A stretch of DNA of 64,000 nucleotides from Promethearchaeati archaeon SRVP18_Atabeyarchaeia-1 (GCA_037308085.1 CP147779.1:2080001-2144000), one strand, 5' to 3'. Positions 19,799 through 30,381 are shown, counted from the first letter of the stretch. Made by a program: numbers and translations. The notes: a model not told the origin generated them from the sequence alone.

Positions 19799-20872
19799 CT
19801 ACTTCTTTGTCTTGGCCATCAGGTAGGCTACGATGAGTGGCAGGGCTATCGTTGCGTCGCAGTAACAGATCGACGTCCTTGCCTCTTCCTTTATCTTTCC
19901 CCAGCTAATCGCTTCTCTCAGTGTTGCGCCTGAAAGCCCTCCCCACTGCGGTGCATCAGTAGTTATCTGGGCAGCGTACTTGAAACCACACTGCTCGGCT
20001 TTTGGAAGCGCCATAGAGGTCTGGAGAACGAAGTTCTTCGGCGTACCCCCGCCTATTATGATGATTGCACGGTCCTTGTGCTTCTCCATGTCTGCAAACA
20101 GGGTATCATATTCGGATATCATGTCCACGACCAGTCTCGCTTGATACTGGGGCTGTAACACTTCCATGTTCGCATAGTGGAGCCGTATACCATAGTCGCA
20201 GTCTACAAACGCGGGGCAGATGACTGGCACTTTGTTCTTGTACGCCGTGGCTAAGACGCCATCATCATTTTTCTCTGCCAGCACTTTTCCGAGGCTGCTG
20301 AAGAATTGGGCAGGCGTGATCTTCACCTCTTCTATTTGACCACTAGCAGCGCTACCCTTCCTGCCCGACGGCGCCTTTGCAGGATTAGCAGCTTTGTTGC
20401 CGACTCCGCTTCTGTTCTTGACGAAGCTCGGGAAAAACGTGCTATCAAGCCACTCCCCGAATTCCGCCCATCTGTCGTTCGAGAGAAATATGTCGTAGAT
20501 TCTGAAAAGCCCCTGCTTGAAAAGCTGTGCGTCGTCAGCATTCTCGGTTCCAATCATGTGAGCCTGATAAGTTCCTTTTATCGCGTCGTGAACCATGTTT
20601 GCTCCAGTTGTGGCAAGAAAATGAATAAAGTTGTTCTCTATTGCCTGAGCTATGGCTCTCCGCATACCCGCAGGAGTCATTGCCCCGGCCAATGTGAAGT
20701 AAATGCGGGAGCCTGACTTGACCGCCTCCAGCCAGATGTTAGCAACCTCAAAGAGCTTCCGAGCATTATAAGAAGTCCCTCCGAGCTCCTCCACCAGCTC
20801 AGAGACTGTCAGATCCCCACTTAACGCAATGTCCTTAACAAGGCGTTGGTTTTCGTCATGATCCTCAGGCAC
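19799..20872 (-). CDS. dys: Deoxyhypusine synthase family protein
   Basis: AGAMTPAG, TTGANMVHD, RIYD, GGGTPKNF, ITTD.PQWGGLSGAT..EAISWGK (catalytic Lys present), DATIALPL; GTG start at 20872 after GGAGGT. Confidence 0.85.
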   Translation of the reverse strand: MPEDHDENQRLVKDIALSGDLTVSELVEELGGTSYNARKLFEVANIWLEAVKSGSRIYFTLAGAMTPAGMRRAIAQAIENNFIHFLATTGANMVHDAIKGTYQAHMIGTENADDAQLFKQGLFRIYDIFLSNDRWAEFGEWLDSTFFPSFVKNRSGVGNKAANPAKAPSGRKGSAASGQIEEVKITPAQFFSSLGKVLAEKNDDGVLATAYKNKVPVICPAFVDCDYGIRLHYANMEVLQPQYQARLVVDMISEYDTLFADMEKHKDRAIIIIGGGTPKNFVLQTSMALPKAEQCGFKYAAQITTDAPQWGGLSGATLREAISWGKIKEEARTSICYCDATIALPLIVAYLMAKTKK

Positions 20873-21213
20873 CTCTGGCACACCTCCCACCAAGACGAGC
20901 TTCCAGAGACTGGGAGCACAGGCCAATTTGCGGACAAGGACCCCTAAACTATTATCGGCTAACACTCCAACTCATTAACGCACGTGGGAACTCCCAAATC
21001 TCAATCGCTACTCATTTGTCGCTCATCTTATATAAGTATCTACGGGATCGACGTGCAACATTCTTCCACTAGTTCATGACCTTAGAGCACGAGCTTCCTG
21101 CGAGGAGGAAAAGCCGGTCAGGTAATCTCGACGTGAGCTGAACCCTTTACTGCTTTCATGCCTCGCAGTCAAAGCCTCGACTCCAGAAGCGGGCATGATA
21201 TGGGTTTCTGCCT

Positions 21214-21936
21214 TCATCCTGTCTTCCCAGAAGACTTACTCTGGGTTGGCGAAGGATAACTGTCCATTGACTCCATGACAATTCTGCCAATACCCGCGCC
21301 AAAAAACAAAAATGCAATTGCGCCAACCAGACCCGCAAGTATCATGACTCCCGCCATTGGGGCTGCATCTCGAAGGAACTCGATGTCAGTTTTTCGCGCC
21401 ATAGTGTAGGCTGTATTCATCAATGCGAGTAAGGCGAACAACTTGATTATGTTGCTTATAACACTCGCAAGTAGGAAAGGCGAGAACTGCAATCCATTTC
21501 TGATCCAAGCGAGGAAGGTTGCCACAATTGAAAAGGAAGAGGTGATCCAGTTATCTGGGTATACGACGAGACCTGAGTACATCGTCGTTAGTGATATCGT
21601 CGACAGGAGGGCTACCAAAACCGCGGTGGCGATCCACACCACTCCCAGATTTCTCAACTCTCTGATCCGCCGCTTTCCCGAGCTGTAGCACATATAGCCG
21701 AAGATAAAAGAAAGTGCTGCGCCGACCGCTACAACCACGATCACAATTGGGGTGGCGGCCTCAAGTGCCTAAGAGGCGGAATAATGGTAAGTAGCGACCA
21801 AGTCATACGCATACTGAGCGACTGATAGCATAACCAAGCCTTCGATGATGATCCAAGCGCTGATCGGGTAGCATGCGTTTGTCACCCTGTGCAAAAGCAT
21901 GATGAAGCGTTCATCATCGTCTTGATCTCTTGACAA
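21214..21936 (-). pseudogene. Multi-pass membrane protein split by an in-frame TAG
   Basis: ORFs 21769..22038 and 21214..21744 are in the same frame (YHYSAS*ALEAATPIVIVVV); TAG at 21769-21771; GGGGTGGGG SD before TTG 21936. Confidence 0.6.
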
Positions 21937-22157
21937 TTCTATCCCCACCCCTGCCGTCAAAGTCGATCCTTGTCGAGCGAGTTGACCGCGCAAGCCAAGT
22001 AATCCGCTTGCTTCCTTCGCCGGGAAGTAGGTGCGCAACTCTCAGTATTAAATCTATCTGAATCGGTGACATCCACTGGAATAATCGTGAACCCCTTCTC
22101 TGCTGCCAATGATGTATCTGCCTTAGTTATCGAGCTTGGGATGCCGCCTAGGCTAAG

Positions 22158-23963
22158 CTAGTCCGTGGCATGCCTGCAGGGCGCAAGCGGAATCTGGGCG
22201 GATATGGGGAATCTGTAATACTGCTTGTTCCATATGTACGCGAGCCCCGTGGGAAGGTTCGAAAGCCTTGCCATGTCTCTTTGGTCAAAGTGTGGAACGA
22301 GTTCTCTGAGCTTGTCGAAGTCTTCTCCCATTCGATGGATTATCATGGAGTGGCACTGCCCCAGAACGTGCTTCGCCTCAAACCCAGGCAGATCCTGAGA
22401 CGCGAAGAACAGTCCGAATCTGAGTGATCTGCCTTGGCGGGCTATGCGTTCAACCCCCTGAAGGGTAGCCTCATCCTTGAGGATCTTCCACGCCTCGTCG
22501 ATTATCACGACTGTTGGCGGATAAGCCTTCCCAAGGGAGTGCAGACTGTGAATATGATCATAGAGAGCCCAAAGAACATACGAGACTGTGACTTCCTGTG
22601 CGTCTCTCGTCAGGGGAGCAACGTCAACAACCGACACCCGACCGGGTTTAACGAGTTCGTTTATTGGAATGGTGGGCACTTTCGGATCATCGAAAAGATC
22701 CATGAGGAGAAGCTGCTCCAGACCTCTGAGGATGCTTTTGGCAGTCTGGATGTGAATCCCAGCGGAGCTTGTCGGTCCTGGGATCTTGATCTCCTGATCC
22801 TTAGATATCTCAGCCTCCCTGATCAGAATTGATAGAAGCCTAGTTATTTCTCTGAGGTTGTAGCTTCTTCCCTCTTTCTCAAGAATGTATTTGATAAGGT
22901 CTTTGGCGTGGATGAATGAATCGATTCCCATGCCTGAGACCCGGTCCTTCAGTATCTGCTCAAGGTAGCTGTCACCCAGCGCTTCCAGCTCAAGATCAAA
23001 GCTGTTCCACGCCCCGTCCCTGCGTGTGCATTCTCTGCCCTTCAACACGTAGAGCCTGAAGTCCCGCACTCCCGCGGGCCGGATATTGAGACCCTTCCAA
23101 ACTGCGGCTCCGGTGGGTGTTCGCTTGAAATTCGCATCCATGACCTCTTGCTGGCACGGCTGATCGAGGTACAAGAATTCGCTGCCCTTGACGTTGAACT
23201 GTACGACTGCGAGGCCGCACTCGCTAAGCGACTTGTCGAAAGCGGCAATGGTGTTGGATTTTCCTCCCCCGGTTGCGCCCACGATGATGCCGTGGTACCA
23301 CATTGCGTCCATCGGCAAGTCGATTACTACGTAGGGCCTGTAAATTGACTCTGGGTTCGCGTAGAGACCTATCGGAATCGTCAGCGTGCTCTCACGTGGT
23401 TGCTCTACGATTAGGGCTATCTTAATGTCCTCTGCATTCGCCAGGTAGACGGGGCTTTCTCTTTCAGGCGGTCTCAAGGGCCCAACGACCCTTCCCTCTA
23501 GGAGCTGCCCTAAAGATTCAACTTCCAGTATCTCCGAATCCTCTCTCCAAGTTACGTCTCTCTCCCCGCCTTCGCCATAGTAGGAGACCATCGCCATGTC
23601 CTTGGCGCTCTTATATGAGAGACCAGGTTGAATCACGATCCGCTTGATCTTGCCGAGGACAGGGGTCCTCGATCTGTCGATGGCATCCACCCTAACAATC
23701 GTATCAATCTTCAGGTCACCCACAATCCTCCTTTTCGACATAGAAGGGACTATGACTTTAAACACCTCAGTCTCTATTGGCTCTTCAAATCCGCCTGCGA
23801 CGACGCCGATGAATTCTCTTTCGGCAGGCAAGGTCTTGGCGTCCATTTTCTCTTCTCTCGGAGAGGTAGGAGCGGGTCTCAACTTCGAGGCTGAAGCGTG
23901 GTTTTGCGAGCGATTCAACGCAGAGTTTTCATCGGGATCATAATCACTGATCTTCTTGGACAT
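22158..23963 (-). CDS. herA: HerA/FtsK-superfamily ATPase (HerA-like, DUF87)
   Basis: Walker A GATGGGKSN, Walker B VIIDEAW, RQGRS..GLFFASQ, SNLPTGLA; N-terminal HAS-barrel-like region; TGATG overlap with the nurA-like stop. Confidence 0.82.
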   Translation of the reverse strand: MSKKISDYDPDENSALNRSQNHASASKLRPAPTSPREEKMDAKTLPAEREFIGVVAGGFEEPIETEVFKVIVPSMSKRRIVGDLKIDTIVRVDAIDRSRTPVLGKIKRIVIQPGLSYKSAKDMAMVSYYGEGGERDVTWREDSEILEVESLGQLLEGRVVGPLRPPERESPVYLANAEDIKIALIVEQPRESTLTIPIGLYANPESIYRPYVVIDLPMDAMWYHGIIVGATGGGKSNTIAAFDKSLSECGLAVVQFNVKGSEFLYLDQPCQQEVMDANFKRTPTGAAVWKGLNIRPAGVRDFRLYVLKGRECTRRDGAWNSFDLELEALGDSYLEQILKDRVSGMGIDSFIHAKDLIKYILEKEGRSYNLREITRLLSILIREAEISKDQEIKIPGPTSSAGIHIQTAKSILRGLEQLLLMDLFDDPKVPTIPINELVKPGRVSVVDVAPLTRDAQEVTVSYVLWALYDHIHSLHSLGKAYPPTVVIIDEAWKILKDEATLQGVERIARQGRSLRFGLFFASQDLPGFEAKHVLGQCHSMIIHRMGEDFDKLRELVPHFDQRDMARLSNLPTGLAYIWNKQYYRFPISAQIPLAPCRHATD

Positions 23964-25159
23964 CAAATCTCGCTCCCCACGAAGTACTGAGATGCAAAGT
24001 GACCTAGGCTCAGTCGAGCATCCTCGACTCCCCTGTCTTTTATCCACTCGGACATTAATCGCCTCAGGTGTATAAGCAATGCGGATCGCTCAACTCTAAC
24101 CATTCTGTGGATGCACATCAGAGGATGCGGGACGCCCTCTGCTGCGGACGCCAAGCTCATAGCGTATACCGCCTTTGAGATCAGGTCTTCCCTTATCCCC
24201 CAGCGCTCCCAGCAATAATCAGGGATCTCAACCCTGAACGGTGCGGACCACTTGGTAGGCTTGATGTAAAAAAAGACAAACGATATAGGACTCGAGTAAG
24301 GCGTTGCACCAAATATCCTTGGGGGTCGAAAATGGAAGGCAGCACTCCTCTCGCCAGGCTTCAGCCTGAATGCATATAGCGAGCAGTCAGTGGGGAAGCT
24401 TGCATCGAACTTCTCTTTGGAGTTGCTCCTGAGGTACTCCACGACCACGTTCTGCGAAGGCCTCTTAACGATCCCTATGACCATTGCATCTTTCTCGAGG
24501 AAGACCTGGTAATACTTTTCCTCAAGCTGGGATATCTGCTGGTAGGACGATGACATGTTGTGCTTCGGGTCAGCATCCCACCGTGACTTCGGTCCATACA
24601 GGTTCCCGTCCCGAATAATCATGCCGCCCCGATCGGTGTAGTCGAGAGCCTCCAAGGTTGTTTCGTTCTCAGCGTAGGTCCGGAGCAAACTGATGAAGCT
24701 ACCGATCTCGAAGGGATCGACATTGTCTCTTACTAGAGACTTCAGGTCTTCAACATCTTCACTGACAAAGCCCTCGGAGTCACCGAAAAGCAACTTGGAG
24801 TAGTAGAGGAAGAAGGGGGGATACCTCTCGCATGATACGAGATACTCCGTGGGCGGGCTTCCAGCGCCCGAGAAATATCGTCTTGCCGCTCCTGCCCGAC
24901 CCAAGAGGAGAGTGCCGAACGGGAGCACCCAGAAATTGCTGCCGCCATCAATACTAATCGTGCTTCTCCCCCGCATTATGTGGCTGTCCAGAGCGATCGG
25001 AATGCCCTTAAGAGGATCAGCGGATTCAACGGGTTCAAGTTTGCCTAGCATTATCTGCTGGTTGTACTTGAGGTCAGTGAGTTCGGCGAGCGCTGAGACT
25101 GGAAGAATGCTCGGTAGCCGTTCAAGCTTCTCCCTGATCACCCTAAATGGCAAAGACAT
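23963..25159 (-). CDS. nurA: NurA-like 5'-3' nuclease
   Basis: ISIDGGS, IIRDGNL, IGIVKRP, FRVEIP, GVPHPLMCIHRMVRV. Confidence 0.78.
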   Translation of the reverse strand: MSLPFRVIREKLERLPSILPVSALAELTDLKYNQQIMLGKLEPVESADPLKGIPIALDSHIMRGRSTISIDGGSNFWVLPFGTLLLGRAGAARRYFSGAGSPPTEYLVSCERYPPFFLYYSKLLFGDSEGFVSEDVEDLKSLVRDNVDPFEIGSFISLLRTYAENETTLEALDYTDRGGMIIRDGNLYGPKSRWDADPKHNMSSSYQQISQLEEKYYQVFLEKDAMVIGIVKRPSQNVVVEYLRSNSKEKFDASFPTDCSLYAFRLKPGERSAAFHFRPPRIFGATPYSSPISFVFFYIKPTKWSAPFRVEIPDYCWERWGIREDLISKAVYAMSLASAAEGVPHPLMCIHRMVRVERSALLIHLRRLMSEWIKDRGVEDARLSLGHFASQYFVGSEI

Positions 25160-25243
25160 GTTTGACCAGTCCTCAGCTTCGCGCCCTGTAAGGTGTAACT
25201 ATCCTTTTCTCTCGATTTCTCTACGCACAGTTGCTGTGCGACG

Positions 25244-26257
25244 CTACTCTCTAGCGACCAGAAGTCTGCCCCTAGATGTGTCAAATCTCATCTGGTAACC
25301 GAGTCTTATGAGACGCTGGATCTCAGCCGCAACCATCCTAGAGTCTCTCAGGTACCTTTCCTCAAGGTCAACCACCGGAACCACCGGTGGAAGGTCTCCG
25401 ACGTAGTCGTCAATCCCTCGAAAGCCTGATGGTGCCGTAGCTTTTCCCAAGACCAGCTCAGTCAAGTGATTGCCTAGCGCACTCTCCAGCTTCTCCATGA
25501 CCTCATCTGAAAGCAGCACTGACTCTTCGGCTGTCAGCCTGCCGGCTGAGACACCTATGACTCCTCGTCCCTCCGGGGCCGAGATGCGCATTGTGACAAT
25601 TCTGCCCACCCTGTCGCTTTCCCAGCGGTATCCTGCCCCTTCCAGTGGCGATGAACCAATCTGTGTGACATGGTCGATCCTCTCATAGATCTCGGATTTC
25701 ATAAGATCCGAGCCTTTGAGCTCCACTTCGACGTCTTCCACCGTTGCCCGGACCTTGTAGACTTCGCTACCAGGAAGCGTCTGTAAGTAGTGGTCGCATA
25801 GGCACTTCAAATCCTCACTCCGCGGGACAAACCTTTCGAAGCCGTTTGGAGACGGAAGACACATGTCGAGAACCGCCGAGATCGCTTCCTCTGCAACGTT
25901 TGTGTTTAGAGGTCCCCCCAAAGACGATACTATAATGGCTCCTCTCTGAGGAAGCGCCATCAATCGAAAAGCATAGCCCACGAAACCCTCTTCGACTGCG
26001 GGCTTGCCCCCCTCAAACTCGTGGACAAGCTCTTCAAGACCTGGCTTCTTCTTCTCCTCATACTTCTCAAGGTAGAACACTGCTGTTGCGGCCACGGGAA
26101 AGCGCATTTCGATAAAAGGCGCTCTGAACCCCCGCCTCGGCCTCGGACACCCAAAAGACAGCACGCTCTGCTTGCTCCGCCACCTTGAGAGTATCTTCAC
26201 CGGAGTCAGAGATGTAAACTCCCTATGCCTGCTTGGCAGATATATGCCGAGCTGCAT
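25244..26257 (-). CDS. Hypothetical protein upstream of nurA-herA (possible RdgC-like fold)
   Basis: Long ORF co-oriented with nurA; GAIIVSS...AEEAISAVL and VELKGSDLMKSEI recall RdgC-type motifs (weak). Confidence 0.6.
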   Translation of the reverse strand: MQLGIYLPSRHREFTSLTPVKILSRWRSKQSVLSFGCPRPRRGFRAPFIEMRFPVAATAVFYLEKYEEKKKPGLEELVHEFEGGKPAVEEGFVGYAFRLMALPQRGAIIVSSLGGPLNTNVAEEAISAVLDMCLPSPNGFERFVPRSEDLKCLCDHYLQTLPGSEVYKVRATVEDVEVELKGSDLMKSEIYERIDHVTQIGSSPLEGAGYRWESDRVGRIVTMRISAPEGRGVIGVSAGRLTAEESVLLSDEVMEKLESALGNHLTELVLGKATAPSGFRGIDDYVGDLPPVVPVVDLEERYLRDSRMVAAEIQRLIRLGYQMRFDTSRGRLLVARE

Positions 26258-26274
26258 GGAGGAACCGCCTCTTT

Positions 26275-26405
26275 CTATCTAATAATCTTGAGTATAACGT
26301 TATGTTTCCTAGAGTAAGCTCATGTCACTTCTCTCATATAAAGGTTTATCATGTATTATCATATTAAACCCTTAAGAATCATCTAAATCGTAATGAATAA
26401 GCCAT
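26275..26405. promoter_or_regulatory. AT-rich divergent promoter region
   Basis: Sharp AT enrichment with several TATA-like boxes between the divergent genes at 26257(-) and 26617(+). Confidence 0.45.
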
Positions 26406-26616
26406 CAACACAGCAATGCAGGCAAATCCGCCAACCACAGGGGCGATCCGTCCAAGCATGACTCTGTGGCATCTCTATTGGGACCGAAAAGGTTGATTTC
26501 AGGCGGAGAAAAGCTCAAGCGAGCAATGCTTAAGAGGTTCGCAACACACTGCAAAGTCTCATATTGACGGAGCGCCAAGTGACGCTCACTCACCATAACC
26601 GGGAGGTTGTAATCAT

Positions 26617-27822
26617 ATGGCTCTAGTTATCCCTGGGATTGACGCAATCATTACGATGATTGTGAAGCCACTTATCATGAATCGAGCTAAAGCCTTCGCA
26701 AAGATGATCTACGCAAAACTCAAGGGAAGGGCTGACGAGAATGCACTCGCAGACGAGCTCATCAACGCCATCGAGATGGGACAGGTTGATTCCTTCATAA
26801 TGAAATATGAGAAGTCCATCCCCAAGGAAGTGATCGAGAAGATCCGCGCCCTCGCAAACATGAGGGAACTCTTCAACAAAGCCTCCAGAATAATCAGCGC
26901 ACAAAAATACAGCCAAGATGCCGCGAAAGTCTTCATCGACCTAGCCAGAATACTCGATGATGTAATGGTTGGCATGTCCTTCGAGGAAGCTGGCATAGAG
27001 GACGTTACCGTGCAGGATGCAGAGACAAACGACCAGATTCATGTTACGAGCGAGGATTACATGGTCGCTCTCCTCTTCAGATATGCTGCTGCTGTCTGGA
27101 CGCAAATTGCAGCAATGGCCACCCCCATGGCAAGGGGATGGACCCTTACATACGATGCCAAAATGGAAGTCACCTTAGGTAAGCCACAAGTAAATATGAA
27201 GAGAGCCGCAGCACCCCCAATGGCATCCATCGCAAAAGACGAGAGCGCTGCAGGCAGAGAAATGGGAGGGCCCAGACCTGGATTCCTTGAATTCAGAGCA
27301 GCCTATGAGAACCTGATGCCACTTTACCGGAATGGACTAGCGATACGAGATCAGTACCTGGACTCGGTCTCCTGCTTGAAGACTGCCCTGATCAAGGTGA
27401 AGAGCATAAAGAGAGGGAGACAAGATAAGATGCACAAGCACATGGACCCGAGGCATCTAGAAGGCCTGATTCTAGCATTCAGGGGGGAAGCCCAGTACTG
27501 GCAATACCGCGTTTCAGACGAGCTCGCACAATCAGCCGCCGCCGTGAAGAACTTCTTCGAGGAAGATTCAAAGCAGGTGAAGGAATGGATGAACTTCATG
27601 GACGTCCCGAAAGAAGGCTTCAAAGAGTTCCTCGACGCGCTGACACTTTACAGGAACTTCCCAGAAGGACTGGCTGGCGCGCTCAGGCTGTACAAGGAAG
27701 GAGCCGAAAAATGCGTGGACGGAAAGGACCGAGACATGATATTCAGCAGAATAGGCGACTTGCAGGCAGTCTCCTCTTACAAGCCAGCCGTATTCGTCCC
27801 CGATCCAAGACCAATCTTATGA
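26617..27822 (+). CDS. Hypothetical all-alpha protein (TPR/SNAP-like helices)
   Basis: GGGAGGT SD before ATG; 401 aa, Ala/Met-rich helical pattern. Confidence 0.7.
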   Translation: MALVIPGIDAIITMIVKPLIMNRAKAFAKMIYAKLKGRADENALADELINAIEMGQVDSFIMKYEKSIPKEVIEKIRALANMRELFNKASRIISAQKYSQDAAKVFIDLARILDDVMVGMSFEEAGIEDVTVQDAETNDQIHVTSEDYMVALLFRYAAAVWTQIAAMATPMARGWTLTYDAKMEVTLGKPQVNMKRAAAPPMASIAKDESAAGREMGGPRPGFLEFRAAYENLMPLYRNGLAIRDQYLDSVSCLKTALIKVKSIKRGRQDKMHKHMDPRHLEGLILAFRGEAQYWQYRVSDELAQSAAAVKNFFEEDSKQVKEWMNFMDVPKEGFKEFLDALTLYRNFPEGLAGALRLYKEGAEKCVDGKDRDMIFSRIGDLQAVSSYKPAVFVPDPRPIL

Positions 27823-27965
27823 TTCATGTGAGGCGGAAAAGCTCCAAGGCTGCCTGGAACCTTTCGTCTCGCGCTGAACTTTTTCCTGAGGCAAGCCTAG
27901 GCTTGAAGCCTTCCATCGTGACGTATTCGCTGCGCGTTGCCTTCTCGGGAAGGCACAGCTCTTTC

Positions 27966-28364
27966 TTAGGTTTTCGCCCCTCTTCGCTTCTTTAGCGCGT
28001 CCAAGAGACCGGAGCGATCGAAGTAGACTTCGTTGCGCGTTATTTTGCTTGTGCGTATCTCCACAATATCCATTCCATTCTCGATTATGGTCTCTGGACC
28101 AATAGGGATCGTGGCTCTCCATTTGCAGGTGAATCCGTGGTCGGTCGGGAAGACTTCGATTGCTTCCCACCTCCAGTCTGGATTGGCGGCAAGCAGTTTT
28201 CTGAAATACTGGAGGATCTGGTCGCGCCCCCTAATTCCCTCTTTGTTTGCAGGATCGACATAGACAGCGTTGTCCGAATAGAATTCTATCAAAGCATTCG
28301 CCTGGTTGCCCGTCCAAGCTGGAAGCCACTTCCCGCAAAACTCCTCCGCTTCTCTCCTCTTCAT
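27966..28364 (-). CDS. SnoaL/NTF2-like protein
   Basis: AW...FYSDNAVYVDP...GRDQI, GMDIVEI...ITRNEVYFD. Confidence 0.85.
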   Translation of the reverse strand: MKRREAEEFCGKWLPAWTGNQANALIEFYSDNAVYVDPANKEGIRGRDQILQYFRKLLAANPDWRWEAIEVFPTDHGFTCKWRATIPIGPETIIENGMDIVEIRTSKITRNEVYFDRSGLLDALKKRRGAKT

Positions 28365-28635
28365 ACTGCGTCACCATTAGTCTTCCACATTGCCCATCGC
28401 ATCATTTGAATAATGGTTGCGGCAAACTCCATATTACGCTTTGTGGCAGGGCCTGATTCTTCTTGTTGTCCAAGTCAACCCCAATGTTTAAGAACCTCAG
28501 CAAACTATAAGTCACGAGATACCTGTTGTTAAACTTGTTTTTAGGAGGCGTTCAGCGCTCACCGACTTAGGGTCTACGAGTCATGACAGCAATGCGGAAG
28601 GCCACGGCGTTGCCTCTGATCGTAAGAAGAGTGTC

Positions 28636-30327
28636 GTGCTAGTTACGGCGGCTCTGCCCTATGCAAATGCGGACCTGCATATTGGTCACGTGACCAGCAC
28701 CTATATTCCGGCAGACGTCTACTCCCGTTTCAGGCGTCTTAAGGGTGACGACATTCTCTTCGTGTGTGGTAGTGACTATCACGGTACTCCAATCGAGGTC
28801 TCAGCGCTAGCCATGGGCAAAACGCCTGCGGAGCACGCGGAGTATTACAGATTGAGGGAGATACATGACTTTCAGCAACTCAACATCTCCTTCGACAACT
28901 ACTACTATACTGGCAGTGAAGAAAACCGGGTCCTGACGGAGGAATTCCTGAACTCCGCTTACGAGAAGAATTACATCTACCAGAAGGAGGTCGAACAGTC
29001 ATACTGCGAGAAAGACAAGAGGTTTCTCCCCGACCGCTTCGTCAAAGGCCAATGCCCGTACTGCGGTGCAGCAGACCAGTATAGCGACGTGTGCGAGGCC
29101 TGCGGGCGTGTCATTGAGCCTGGCAAGATAATCAATCCGAGTTGCATCATCTGCGGCACGCCCCCGGTCAAGAGAAAGGCGAAGCACTTCTTCTTCAAGC
29201 TTAGCGCACTCTCGGGGTTTCTGTCCGACTGGCTCTCGAAATCGCGAGACGGCGATTTCCCGAGGGAAGTAGTGAACTACGTGCTAAACTGGGTAAAGAG
29301 TGGCCTCGAAGACTGGGACATCACCAGGGAAGACTACTGGGGTTTCAGACTTCCATTCAAGGGTGCCGCCCCCAATCAGTATGCGTACGTTTGGTGGGAC
29401 GCGCCCATAGGTTACATCGCATCCACCGTGAACCTGTGCAGCAGGCTCGGAATAAGCTGGGAACGCTATTGGAAAAGCCCTGAATCAAGGATAGTCCATT
29501 TTATTGGCAAGGACATTATCTACCACCACCTGCTCTTCTGGCCAGCTATGCTCAAAGTTGCAGGCTACCCTCTGCCCAAGAAGTACGTTGTCAACGGGTA
29601 CCTTACGCTTGAAAGCAGGAAAATGTCCAAGAGCAGGAAGTGGGGAATCAACCTCCGCTACGTTCTGGACCGCTACCCATCCGACTATATCAGGTTCTAC
29701 CTAGCAACCAAGGCTGCCAACAGCATCGGGGACAGTGACTTTTCGTGGAAGGAGTTTCAAGACAGGATAAACACGGGGCTTGCGGATGCGATCGGCAACC
29801 TCGTGAACAGGGTGCTCAAATTCACGACAGATACTTTCGGTGGTGAGGTTCCGGAACCTCAAAGTAGCCTGGCAAGCGCAGAGGACAGAGGATTCAAGGA
29901 ATTCATTACGAGGCTTCCCAAGGAATTCGAAGAGCTGTACGAAAAGGTAAACCTCACAAAAGTCGTCGGAAAGATCGTCGACTCCTTCGGAGAAGGGAAC
30001 AGGTACTTCAATGCAAAGGAGCCTTGGAGAAAGATCAAAGCCGGCGACAGGGAAGGAGAGGCATCTGCCAGGACAACTCTCTACTTGAACGTTAACCTGA
30101 TCCACGACGGAGCCTTATACCTCTATCCAATCGCCCCAAACACGGCGACGCAAATCCTATCTCAGATATTCGGATCTGGGAAGGGAATTCTGTTGTCCTG
30201 GGACATACTAGGCAAATTCGCAGTGACGCCTGGCACCAAAGTGGGCAAGCCGAAGCCAGTGGCGGAAAAGATCAAAGATGAAGATATAAAGAAGGAGACC
30301 GAAGCCCTCGAAAAAGGAATAGCCTGA
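28636..30327 (+). CDS. metG: Methionyl-tRNA synthetase (short form, no C-terminal OB domain)
   Basis: TAALPYAN, HIGH, zinc knuckles, YVWWDAPIGY, GKDI..HH, KMSKS. Confidence 0.96.
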   Translation: MLVTAALPYANADLHIGHVTSTYIPADVYSRFRRLKGDDILFVCGSDYHGTPIEVSALAMGKTPAEHAEYYRLREIHDFQQLNISFDNYYYTGSEENRVLTEEFLNSAYEKNYIYQKEVEQSYCEKDKRFLPDRFVKGQCPYCGAADQYSDVCEACGRVIEPGKIINPSCIICGTPPVKRKAKHFFFKLSALSGFLSDWLSKSRDGDFPREVVNYVLNWVKSGLEDWDITREDYWGFRLPFKGAAPNQYAYVWWDAPIGYIASTVNLCSRLGISWERYWKSPESRIVHFIGKDIIYHHLLFWPAMLKVAGYPLPKKYVVNGYLTLESRKMSKSRKWGINLRYVLDRYPSDYIRFYLATKAANSIGDSDFSWKEFQDRINTGLADAIGNLVNRVLKFTTDTFGGEVPEPQSSLASAEDRGFKEFITRLPKEFEELYEKVNLTKVVGKIVDSFGEGNRYFNAKEPWRKIKAGDREGEASARTTLYLNVNLIHDGALYLYPIAPNTATQILSQIFGSGKGILLSWDILGKFAVTPGTKVGKPKPVAEKIKDEDIKKETEALEKGIA

Positions 30328-30381
30328 GACATGTCAGGGCAGATCCCGCACTCCCTCAAAGTCATCCTCTTCGGGTGGCTC

